From Octopus vulgaris (Eukaryota), in the NCBI GenBank assembly GCA_951406725.2, contig OX597825.1:48174001-48238000 (forward strand): 64,000 bases of DNA. Direction: 5' to 3'. Numbering within the stretch: the first letter of the stretch is position 1; every line of letters starts with the position of its first letter. The notes under the pieces are model-generated. The model searched no databases, was not told the DNA's origin, and was given only the letters and a program-made list of their open reading frames with translations. The translations under genes and the position numbers were made by a program. Shown piece after piece: positions 13,873 through 25,274 of this stretch.

Positions 13873-14108
13873 GAGCTGGTGGCGAGCTGGCAGAAACGTT
13901 AGCACGCCGGGCGAAATGCGTAGCCGTATTTCGTCTGTCGTTACGTTCTGAGTTCAAATTCCGCCGAGGTCGACTTTGCCTTTCATCCTTTCGGAGTCGA
14001 TTAAATAAGTACCAGTTTCGCACTGGGGTCAATGTAATCGACTTAATACCTATGTCTGTCCTTGTTTGTACCCTCTATGTTTAGCCCCTTGTGGGCAATA
14101 AAGAAATA
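13873..14108 (+). mobile_element. Complete tRNA-derived SINE (family A)
   Basis: A-box-like gagctggcagaaacgttag, B-box-like gagttcaaattcc, tail gccccttgtgggcaataaagaaata; exact 16-bp TSD ggttgtacttatggct at 13857-13872 and 14109-14124. Confidence 0.93.
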
Positions 14109-14573
14109 GGTTGTACTTATGGCTATATGTACGTATAGATATGTGTGCGTATGGCTGTGTGTAGCTATAGCAATGTGTGCATGTAGATATAGCAAGGTGT
14201 ATGTGTAGGTATGGTCATGTTTTCGTATGCCAGTGTTTTATGTATTGCTATGTTGATATGGATGCCTGTTATTATATCTGTGTAAAGATAAGTCTGTGTG
14301 TTGGTGTATCTGGCTGCGTGTAGGTATGTATGTAGGTATACCTGTGTTTAGGCGCGAGTGCGATTAGGTATGGCTGTGCGTGTTGGTGACGCAATGTGTA
14401 TACATACGGCTGTATGTAAGAAGGGTTGTGTGAAGGTACGGCTGTGTATGTTGGTTTAAGAGTGCGTAGATATGGATGTTCGTACGTATGGCTGTGTGTG
14501 TATGTAGGTGTGGGTGTGGAACAGGAACGGCTATATCTAGGCATGGCTATGTGTATGTATGAATGCGTGTTGG

Positions 14574-14739
14574 CAAGGCCAGTTTAAGGTACCGGCAACT
14601 CGGACTGTCGACTGGGGAGCCATTTGTTAGGGGGCGCCAAGGAGGGTGTGACAAAGACAAGGAAATTTCCGCGGCCGTCAGCTTGTACACGCCGAAATTC
14701 AACTTGCTCGGGGCGCCAACAACCCTAGGACCGGCCCTG
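14574..14739. mobile_element. Small hAT-type MITE
   Basis: Imperfect TIRs caaggccagtttaagg / cctaggaccggccctg; 8-bp TSD cgtgttgg / cgtgtagg (1 mismatch). Confidence 0.75.
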
Positions 14740-15341
14740 CGTGTAGGTATGGCTATATGAGTAAGTATGGCTTGTGAGAAGGTATGACTGTGTGAGAAGG
14801 TATGGCAGTATGTGTGTGTTGATTTATCGGCGTGCAGGTATGGCGGTGTGTAACTTTTTGGCTATATGTAAGTAGAGCTGTGTATATGTATGGGGGTGTA
14901 TAGGTTTGGCTATGTATGAAGATATAGCTGTGTGAAGGTAAAATAGTGTGTATAGAATGACTTCTGTGAGTAGGTATCACTGTGAGAGTAAGTAAGGTTA
15001 TGTATGTCTGAATGGTTGTGTAGCTATTGATGTGTGGTTAAAACGATCGCTTCCTCTGTATACGATTTCAGGTCCATACATCCCGTGAGGCATCTCGGTC
15101 ATTTTTGTGCCCTCAACGTTTTTTCGAAGCCTTGCGTAATTTGGGAAATAAACTGTTTTTAGGATAGTCTGGTTTTAGGAGAGTCCATTTTGAACCTACC
15201 CACTGTTTGGGCATAACTTTATCCCCTCCCCTTGTAGCAGGCTCTCGTGGATACGGGCCTTCCGCCTTTAAGTGAACTGTTATCCATACGAAGTGTATGT
15301 ACATTCATATATACACACAGATATGCTTTCCTACACACACG

Positions 15342-15413
<72 letters not shown>

Positions 15414-15435
15414 TATATATATGTATGTATGCATG

Positions 15436-15471
<36 letters not shown>

Positions 15472-15566
15472 CATACATATATACATATACATACATGCAT
15501 GTACGTATGAGTTTGTATATGTGTGCATGTATATATATATATATAGTTATTTTGGTACATATGAAA

Positions 15567-15602
<36 letters not shown>

Positions 15603-16533
15603 AAGAGAGAAAGAGAGAGAGGTGTAACGAGAGACGTAGAGATTGAGGGCGAGACAGTGAGAGGGATAGAGATGGAGTGTGAGAGAAAGTTGGAGACGGA
15701 ATCAGAGAAAATAGAAAAATAATGAATCGACAAAACACACCCTTCCCCTTCTCTGCGTGTTTTCATACATACACGCGCGCGCATACACACATGCACACAT
15801 ACTACACACATGCACGCACACATACGTACATATACACATACTCATACGCGCGCGTGTATGAAAAGAATCCACTCCATTCTTGTTCCAATAAAATTGCCCT
15901 TTCAAGGCCAGTAACATTGGCGTTTCAAGAATTCGGTCGATCTTCTATTACTGGGTCTTTTACCCCTCTCTCTCTCTTTCTTTCTTTCTTATTCTCTCTC
16001 TTACTCTTTATCTCTCTCTCCTTCACCTCTCATCCCTCGTGTTATTTCTCCATACACTCCTTGCAATGTTCTGACGCATTCTAAACCTCCTACCTCCTAT
16101 TCTTGTCTTCTACCCCCTCTTACCTCTCCCCTCTCCCTCTCTCTCTACCATTTCCTTTCTCTTTCCCCCTTCCCCGTCTCTCTACACCAATTACTGTACT
16201 TTCCATATATATACACACGTCGGCCTTGATTCTTGTCCCCCCCCTACTCCCACACAACATGCAGTCATCAATCTTATTACAACCTTCACTTTGTCAATAG
16301 GTTGCAGGAATTTCTGACACTGGCTGTTGAATCTCTCCCTTCAGCCTCCTCCCTCTCTCTCACTCTGTCTCTGTCTCTGTCTCTCTCTCCCTCACACACA
16401 CACACACACACACACACACCTTCTCTCCCACTTTCCATCCTCCTCTTCCTCCTCCTGCTCCCCACTCTCTCTGCAAGTTGCCACAGTGATTCTCTCTCTC
16501 TCTCCCTCTCTCCCCGCCCTCTCTCTCTCTCTC

Positions 16534-16566
<33 letters not shown>

Positions 16567-16884
16567 GTTGTGTTGAGATACGTACATACGTCGGAAATGC
16601 ACAACACAGTTACGCATATGTGTATATATGTATGTGTGTGTATGTGTGTGTGTGTGTGTCTGTCTGTCTGCGTGTCTGTATGTGTGTAAGCATGCGCAAT
16701 ATCGTCACTACACTAATAAACTTACATACACAGACGGTCACCCACACCTTCGCAGATACATACACACACACACGCGCCCACAGACAGATGCTTGCCTAGT
16801 AGCATACGCGCGCACAAACACACATACACATTACACAGACTTTTTATGCAGTTTCTCATTCCAATGTATGTATGTATGTATGTA

Positions 16885-16920
<36 letters not shown>

Positions 16921-17199
16921 CTTCCACCCACTCCCCTGTGTGTACTTTCATAAGAGACACACCCACACAGAACATACATCTCACCCATACACACTGTATA
17001 GCGCCTTGTATGTCTATGTGTGCGTGTGTACACAGTTTGTTATATGCACTCATATACCGCACACAAAGACAGCCGCATGGATACACCATCAGACAGTGTA
17101 AATACCCGTTCGTATACACAGTGATGATGGCGGTATATACGGTGGTATGTATAGTGATGAGGGAGGTGATGGCGATATTGTTTGTGGCGGTGGTACTGG

Positions 17200-17350
<151 letters not shown>

Positions 17351-18519
17351 TTGACGATAATGGTAGCAGTGCAGATGTTGGTGGTAATGGTGATGAGGAA
17401 AATAGTGTCGGTGATGCTGGAGGTAGAAATGGTAGTGATGATGATATTCAGAACAAGGTTAGTCGGTTTAGACTGGGATATATTATTGTCTGTGGAACTG
17501 AACAACAGCAGCAGCAGCAGCGGCGATGATGATGATGATGATGATGACGATTTCTTATTATTATTTCACAGGAAGCAGGCATAACACAGATTCTCTCCTT
17601 CACTCCTCTTTTTCACACTCTCTTTCTGACTCATTTTCTCTCTCCTCTCTTTCCCTATCATTCTCTTCTCTCTCTCTCTCATTCGCTTTGCTCTCTCTCC
17701 TCTAATTTTCTTTCCTTTTCATTTTCTCTTTCACACATTCTCTTACTCTTTTCTCATCTCACTTCCTTCCTCCTCCTCCGCTCTTCTTCCTCTCCCTCTC
17801 TCATTTCAGAAAAGCAGACATCATTTCAATGTCTCAACCCCTCTCTATTACTTTATTCCTCTTCACATCGCTATGTTTATACTTGTCTTTTTCTTCCTTC
17901 CACCCTCCTCCGCTCTCACTAAATCTTTCTCTCCTAACTCTGTGCGCGCATGTGTGTGCATATATGTATACACATATGTATGTCTAACGATGTATGCGCC
18001 TATATGCATGTTTGTATATTTGAACGCATATATGTATGTATGTATGAATGAATGAATGAGTGAATGAATGAATGAATGAATGAATGAATGTATATTCGTA
18101 GATACGTATATGCATGCGTGCATTTATCTAAGCATATTTACTTATATATCAATTTTTCTGTCTCTCTAAGTGTACATATGTTCTTTTATTCTTTTACGTG
18201 TTTTAGTCATTTTGACTGAGACCATGCTGGAGCACCGCCTTCTAGTCGAAGAAATCGACCTCTGGACTTATTTTTTGTAAGTCTGGTACTTATTTTATCG
18301 GTCTCCGAACTATGTGGTTGGGAAGCAAGCTTTCTTACCACACAGCCAAACCTGTGTGTGACTGGGGAGCGGTCCCACGAGCGCTTGACAATCGGTCTTG
18401 GTGTGTAACTTAGCAGTTCGGCAAAAAAAGCCGATAGAATATACTACCAGGCTCTAAAACCAGTACTGAAGTCAATTAAAAATTCTTCAATGTAGTGCCC
18501 TAGCATGTGGCCGCAACTA

Positions 18520-19378
18520 GGTCATTCTACCGGATATTCTCTACAACACGTGTCTGTGTTCGGATTGTCTTTGCACAGGGGCCATCCGGACTCCCGCCTT
18601 CGCCGTGAACAGAAATTAATATTCTCTCTTCGCTCCTTTGCGCCATACGGGCTCAACTCCACTTCTCTCTTCATCTAACTCTGCTCCTCTCCTCTCTTCA
18701 TCTGAGACCTACTTCATCTCTTCACTCCTACCCACCTTCTCTTTTTATTTGAACCCTTCCACCCACACCCCACATCCACACACCCAACTTCCACATACCC
18801 CACCGCTACCCCACACCTCCACCCCTCATTCCCACTCACACCACCACACCACCACACCACATCACACCACCCCACACCACTTCACACACACTAGTACTGA
18901 CCACTTCCCAGTACCCACACTATACACCATCATCTACATACCCAAACACCATCATCCACGCACACACACACCACTATCCACTCACCCATACATTACAGAT
19001 GCACTCACACACGCACACATCCATACGTCGAAGTCACTAGCTTCTATCCACACACACAAACTTTCTCACATTCTCACATACACATATACATTCTCACATA
19101 TACGCATACAAACGTGCACCTTTGTTTTGGGATCACCAATTCATTATTATCTCCTTTTCTTTCTACCTCTCCTGTTAAACCCTTTTTCCCCAACCAATCG
19201 CCATGCTTGATCACTGAATCCACTAGTCTTTTTATTATCTCTCTGTTTATTTTCTCATATCCCTTTCTGTTGAAGAGCGTAGGCTCGAAACATAAAAGAC
19301 TTTCTTACTTCCCCAAACCAATAAACCTGCTTGTTGTTCATATACCTTTCTTTGTCTTTTGTTTTTCTTGTAAATTTC

Positions 19379-19380
<2 letters not shown>
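18520..19380 (+). mobile_element. 5'-truncated Penelope-like element (GIY-YIG C-terminus, low-complexity 3' region, hammerhead-like motif)
   Basis: 18520-18678 translates GHSTGYSLQHVSVFGLSLHRGHPDSRLRREQKLIFSLRSFAPYGLNSTSLFI*, matching the PLE endonuclease R..E...I..L....P.GLN end; hammerhead-like motif at 19267-19295. Confidence 0.8.
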
Positions 19381-19418
<38 letters not shown>

Positions 19419-19611
19419 TTTATTCTTTTTAGTCTGCGGCCATGCCGGAGTACCACCTTTAGTCGAATAAATCGACCCCAGGACGTATTCTTTGTAAGCC
19501 CAGTACTCATTCAATCGGTCTCTTTTACTAAGTGACAGGGATGTAAACACACCAACATCGGTAGTCAAGCGATGGTGGGGGACAAACACAGACACAAACA
19601 ACATACACACA

Positions 19612-19653
<42 letters not shown>

Positions 19654-19654
<1 letters not shown>

Positions 19655-20995
19655 CTCTATATATATAAAACTGAGAATGTGTGTCTGTCTGTCTGTGTAT
19701 TTCCCTAAAACTTGAGGACTACACAACCAATTTCATTCAAATTTTACACATGCCTTACTTGGGGTCCGGGGAGTGTCATCGGCAAAAAAATGTTCAACTT
19801 CTTGCCTAGGGCGAGCCCATAGCAATATCATATCTTCTCCACTATTTCAGTATTACGTGTTAAAAGTGAAACAAAAACATACCGTTTACCACAGCTTTTA
19901 CATTAGATTATCTGCTAATTAGCTAGCATTAAGTATCTATATGAAGTTTGGCTGTATGTAATGTCTGTTTTCTCGAACAGCCGCTTCTACTGAGTACTGC
20001 TGTTGGTTTATTTCTTATACATAAAGGACTATAGCTTCAACTGCGAACTGCTTTTTGATTCACCATAAGGTTTGTTGCTATTATTATTACTGTTTAACTA
20101 TTGTTATCACATTTGTTGGTTCCTCGTAAGGGAAACGTTGTTGTGTTGCATTTGTTAAATAATTGTAAACTGTAACCCTCCCTCTTTGGGAGAAGGAGCT
20201 TTGGTTATTATTTAAAAATTGAATTGTGTTCCTGTTTGGGGAAATTGACAATATTTTCACCGTTTACACGGAAGCATTTTTGTTAGAATGCCTTCGATAG
20301 AAGAAAGTCCAAAAATGAATTTCGCTGCAGCCGTCGGCGGGCGCGAACTCATTAAAATTAAAATGGAAGAAATACAAACCTATTTCGGATTGATCACCGA
20401 CAAAGACGGTGACTCTAGGATAATACCACCAAACGAAATAAAAAATTAAATTAAAGAAAAGACTATTGTCTATAAAGTATACAATGTAGAGTAAAAAAAA
20501 AGATTTGAACACCTGGAGGAAAGCACCATCGAAAAGTATCTTGGTGCGACTATGAAAGATATCTAACCAGAGGCGGTAAATTCGCCACAATAGAAGCAAA
20601 GTTCGAGTCAACGGAGCGTGCAAGGAAGTACTCGACTCGAACCTTGCAAAGTGGAAATATTTTATTTTTACCTTTATATCTGGGACGTAGGACGTGCTGA
20701 ATAAAAATTTAAAATGTCACCCACAGAAGTAGAGGTAGGCTGGATTGTAGCCACACTTCTATACAAGAGGGGGGACAAAATACAATTGATCTAAATTGCA
20801 AGAGACGGGCCTACAATTCCAGTCTGTTATATATTTTGAGTATTCTTATCACTAGCGATATCAAGATATAACTTTGTATTTTGTATTTTATGTGTAGATG
20901 TATATATATAGATGTACGTGTAATATGTACACATATATATACACATATGTACATGCACTAGCACTATGGCCCAGTAACGACGGGTCATAATGCTA

Positions 20996-20996
<1 letters not shown>
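19654..20996 (+). mobile_element. Non-autonomous Helitron-like element
   Basis: 5' TCTCTATATATATAAAA followed by (TCTG)n; 3' hairpin then CTAG; sits between host A and T with no TSD. Confidence 0.78.
20000..20830 (+). mobile_element. Tx1 LINE 5'UTR/ORF1 fragment inside the Helitron
   Basis: RGGKFATIEAKFESTERARKYSTRTLQSGNILFLPLYLGRR is homologous to ORF1 at ~35040-35200. Confidence 0.78.
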
Positions 20997-21033
<37 letters not shown>

Positions 21034-21173
21034 GACGGGCTTCTTTCAGCTTCCGTCTACCGAATTCACTAACAAGGCTTCGGTCTGCCCGAGGTTATAG
21101 TAGAAGATAATTGCCCAAGGTGCCACGCAATGGGATTGAACCCGGAACTATGTGGTTGGGAAGCAAGCTTCTT

Positions 21174-22827
21174 TATTTCATTAAATTGGCCATATAGGCC
21201 TTACAGAGAGAAGCTTGTGGGCTGGACATGGACAAGATGAGATGAAATGAAACAAAATGATACGGATGAGAGGGATGAAACCTCACACTGCTCTGTCAGT
21301 GGCACACTTCCCACTGACGGAGCCCTATCCGCAGGTGGCACACATCCCACCTGCGGCTCCGTCGGCGGCCCAGGAACATCCGCCGACCGTCCTCTGCTCC
21401 TCTTTTTCCTGTTTCTTTTTGAGGCTGCGGGAGCAGGGGGCTGCGTCGACAGACGCGAGGGGTCGCTACCCTCCTCCACCGCCTGAACATTTTTGGTGAG
21501 CAGTTGCTCACCTTTCTTTTTCTTTTCGTGGAGGCAACTTCCTCCACGACTTCCACCGTCTCCCCCTCCAATGAGGGGGCGGCGGGCACCTTCTCTTTCT
21601 CATGCTCCAGGGCCCCACCACGGCCCCCTGGACAGTTCTTTTTGATATGGCCAGGCTCCAGGCACAGGTGACACTTGGGGGGGGGGGGCGTCCCTCAAGT
21701 ATCACCAGGTACCTGTACCCGGCCATTTTTAGGAAATCCGGAAACATCATGTCTCCCACGGCCACCGGGGTCCACAGGGTTAAAGTTGCCTTTGACCCCT
21801 CCCAGTCGACCGCGGGAGTAATCTTCACACTCAATAGCCTGGGCCCGCTATCCCCCAGGCCTCGCCGGATGGTCTTCTCGATCCATCCCGCCTCCGTTCC
21901 CGGGGCAGTCCGCACACCCTGGCTCTTCTTATCTTCCTCCCACAATAAGTGTGGAGGAACAAAATTTCTTCTCCCTCAAGGGGCTCGCTGGCAAATCTGC
22001 CAGCTTCCTCAGAGGTACCAAACAGCAACCACACCGTTGCAAATTTGGTCCCCCGTGAAATAAATTTTATAGTTGGCAGGTAGTCTGCCAACTCTTTCTC
22101 TATTACGCTCTTGTCGAAGAGGGCGATGGCACCACACGACCTAGAATAGATCCGTAGTACCACCGTCCTCTTCTCAAGATCTTTAATCCACTGTTTGGGT
22201 CGGACCACCTCCCACTCCAAAGCAGCGGCACCGTTTATTTTTCCCATGTGCAAAAGAAAGTCTTAAGAGTTCCAAAAAAAAGTCCAAAGGTCAATAGAAT
22301 GTAAAAAAGGTTCACAAAAAGTTAAAAAATACAAAAAACAAAAAAAAAAAAGTAAGTCCAAAAATTAATTAGCTGTTCAAAAGGAAAGAAAAAATCAGAA
22401 AGGATAAACGGAAAATAAAAAAACAGTTCACACAGCAAAAATCCAATTGGTCAACAGGTAATCCCGGCCTAATGTGGATAGGTTCCTTGGCATAAATCTT
22501 TTTTGTTGTCCGGTAATTCAAACACAATACAGCCAACAACAGCAACAGGTTCTATTCGGGCGAGGATACGCCCCACCAAAAATGAATCCAATAAATTCTC
22601 AATACACAAAAACAGCGGCCGCCGAGAGCAGGCGAAATTGTCCCAGAGCTGGGCGCAATTTACTGAAAAAGTAATTCGCACGCAATAAATTATGCCCAAC
22701 TCACAACACACAAAATCACCTACCTCGACAACCTTCTCTGTTTTTGTTCTTTTTTCTTTTTAGGACGGAGCTGAAAGCTCACCTCCTCACCGTTCAGTGT
22801 CAAGAAGTCAACTCCACGACCGGAACC
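21174..22827 (-). mobile_element. ORF1-only L1/Tx1 derivative (HAL1-like), TSD-flanked
   Basis: Exact 15-bp TSD ggaagcaagcttctt (21159-21173, 22828-22842); 5'UTR; frameshifted ORF1 from ~22247 with CCHC knuckle CHLCLEPGHIKKNC; short 3' tail with GGCC hairpin; no ORF2 remnant seen. Confidence 0.82.
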
Positions 22828-22874
22828 GGAAGCAAGCTTCTTACCACACAGCCACTCCTGCACTTATACATATA

Positions 22875-22921
<47 letters not shown>

Positions 22922-22949
22922 TATGTATGTGCGCCTATATATATGTATG

Positions 22950-23340
22950 TATTCTTTTATTCATTTACTTGTTTTAGTCATTTGACTGCAACCATGCTGG
23001 AGCACCGCATTTTAATCGAAGAAATCTACCCCAGGAGTTAAATTGTGTAAGCCTAATGCTTATTTTATCGGTCTCTTTTGCCGAACCGCTAATTTACGGG
23101 GACATAAACATACCAACATCGGTAGTCAAGCTATGGGGTAGGGGACAAACACAGACACAAAGACACATATTTTTGCGTATATGACATATTTTTGCGTATA
23201 TTTCAGTTTCTGTTTGCTAAGACCACTCATAAAGCTTTGGTCGGCCCGAGGCTATAGTATACGACACTTGCCCGAGGTGCCTCGCAGTGGAACTGAACTT
23301 CGAATCATGTGGTTGGGAAGCAGGCTTCTTACCACACAGC
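22950..23340 (-). mobile_element. SINE (family B)
   Basis: Collinear with 27813-28210. Confidence 0.88.
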
Positions 23341-23353
23341 GTTAACTACTGTA

Positions 23354-23422
<69 letters not shown>

Positions 23423-23432
<10 letters not shown>

Positions 23433-24117
23433 ATATGTTACATTACTCGATAGTCAAGATAAAACTCTGAGTTTCAGATGCCGAAGTGGGAATCCACAAC
23501 GCCATCTCTTCGGTTATCTGGCTATTTGAAAACGCTATGAAAAAATACCGTTATACAAAGGGAAATTACTGTGTTATAACTCTGCTTGCCTGCGTACTTA
23601 TACATCGCTATGTAAACGTACACATCTTCACTCGCATTTTTCGCCATAAAAAATACATAAAAAATATATAAAAAATATATAAAAAATATATAAAAAATAT
23701 ATAAAAAATATATATAAAGAATATATGATAGAAGGTATGATAAGGTAAAAAAACCTTCTTGGGACATAACATAGAAAGCATGTTCTATCTGTTTTCTTTA
23801 GGGGACCAAAAACGTAACAGAAATTTAGTCATTTGGGCATGATCAGAAAAGTTCTGTCCTTGAGTTTAGACATGTAGTAGGGTCTAAGCTGCTTTTCCAG
23901 ATAAACCATCTCTCTATGTCGCAGTATTTTTTCATAGCGTTTTCAAATAGCCAGATAACCGAAGAGATGGCGTTGTGGATTCCCACTTCGGCATCTGAAA
24001 CTCAGAGTTTTATCTTGACTATCGAGTAATGTAACATATTATTTTATAGATAAATTTCCTCTATTTACATAATATTGAGGTCTCTTTCTTTCTTTCTTTT
24101 GTTATCTTACCGTTTTA

Positions 24118-24121
<4 letters not shown>
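23423..24121. mobile_element. Penelope-like insertion with inverted pseudo-LTR in (AT)n
   Basis: Apparently perfect ~125-bp inverted repeat (23423-23548 vs 23924-24048), hammerhead-like fold in each arm, (AT)n on both flanks. Confidence 0.72.
23953..24015 (+). ncRNA. Variant minimal type I hammerhead-like motif (mirror copy on - strand at 23457-23519)
   Basis: Stem I agataa/ttatct; core CCGAAGA; stem II gatg..catc; (T)GAAA; palindromic stem III actc-a-gagt; GUU triplet. Confidence 0.55.
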
Positions 24122-24209
<88 letters not shown>

Positions 24210-24288
24210 ATTATGAGTGTCTATGCACACATTTTTATATTTTATATTTTTATATTTATATGTAAATTTTTTTCACACTTATATTAAT

Positions 24289-24399
24289 TCTCTGAAGAGG
24301 CCGTGAGACATCCTTGTTAATGTCTCATTTATACCTGCTTTATGTGGCTAATAGATTAAATGAGACATACTTGTCCTCACGGCCGAAACAGCTGTCAGA
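24289..24399 (+). ncRNA. Type I hammerhead ribozyme (PLE-associated minimal type)
   Basis: tct-CTGAAGA-ggccgtgag...ctcacggcc-GAAA-cagctg-TC-aga: canonical core, 9-bp stem II, palindromic stem III, GUC site. Confidence 0.82.
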
Positions 24400-24566
24400 T
24401 ATGATGTAATTGTATTTTATATTTCTATTTCTATGTCTAGCTATATTTACAATATATTATGTATAATGTCTTTGCTGTTATGTAATGGTGTAATAAAGTA
24501 TTGATTGGGTATTATCTGATGGTTGATGATTGATTGATTTAAGTATGTTTCTCCATTTTCTAATTT

Positions 24567-24660
<94 letters not shown>

Positions 24661-25274
24661 TTATGTATGTATATATCTCTACATGTTTGCGCCTTTTTGC
24701 ATGTGTGTGTTTATGTATTTATATTTGTGTGCATATGTAACATTTATCTGTATAAGTCTGTGTTGTGTTTATTTTCTTCACTAGTTTCAGCTCGAGAGCT
24801 ACGGCCATGCTGCGGCCCGTCCATTTTGGTTGCATATGATATGCATGTGACTACATGTTAGTATAACTGTAGGTGTGTGTGTATGTATGTCCAAGTATCT
24901 GCGTGCGTGTGTTTGTGTGTGTAAATGTGTGTGTGAGAATGTAGAAGTTAATGAAAAATGCGGAACGTATCTAGAGAGGAGAATGTATGCGTTAGGAGGA
25001 TATAAGGAGATAGAAGAAGGAGGTTCGAGTGTGTTTGTGTGCGTTTTTGATAAGTAGAATGGGCGTGGTACAGGTGCAGTAGGGGTGGGGATAGAAAAAT
25101 ATAGGTAGAGAGCGATGCTGCTGCTGTAGTGCTGTAGCTGTTGTTACTAATGGTAGAGGTAGTGGTAATGGTATGGTGCTAATGGTAATAGAGGCAGAGG
25201 TGGTGGTACTGGTGGTGGTGGTAGTAGTAGTAGTAGTACCGGTGGTAGACGTGATGATGTCAACTAAATTAACC

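Larger units (their letters stand above)
19416..22862 (-). mobile_element. SINE (family B) split by two nested insertions
   Basis: Segments 19416-19653, 20997-21173 and 22828-22862 join into the same sequence as the intact copy at 27813-28210. Confidence 0.85.

Noticed and set aside
13505-15030. Spaced tatggctgtgtg-like repeats as a possible CRISPR or other array
   Set aside because: Irregular degenerate low-complexity repeat in eukaryotic DNA; no constant repeat-spacer period and no cas genes.
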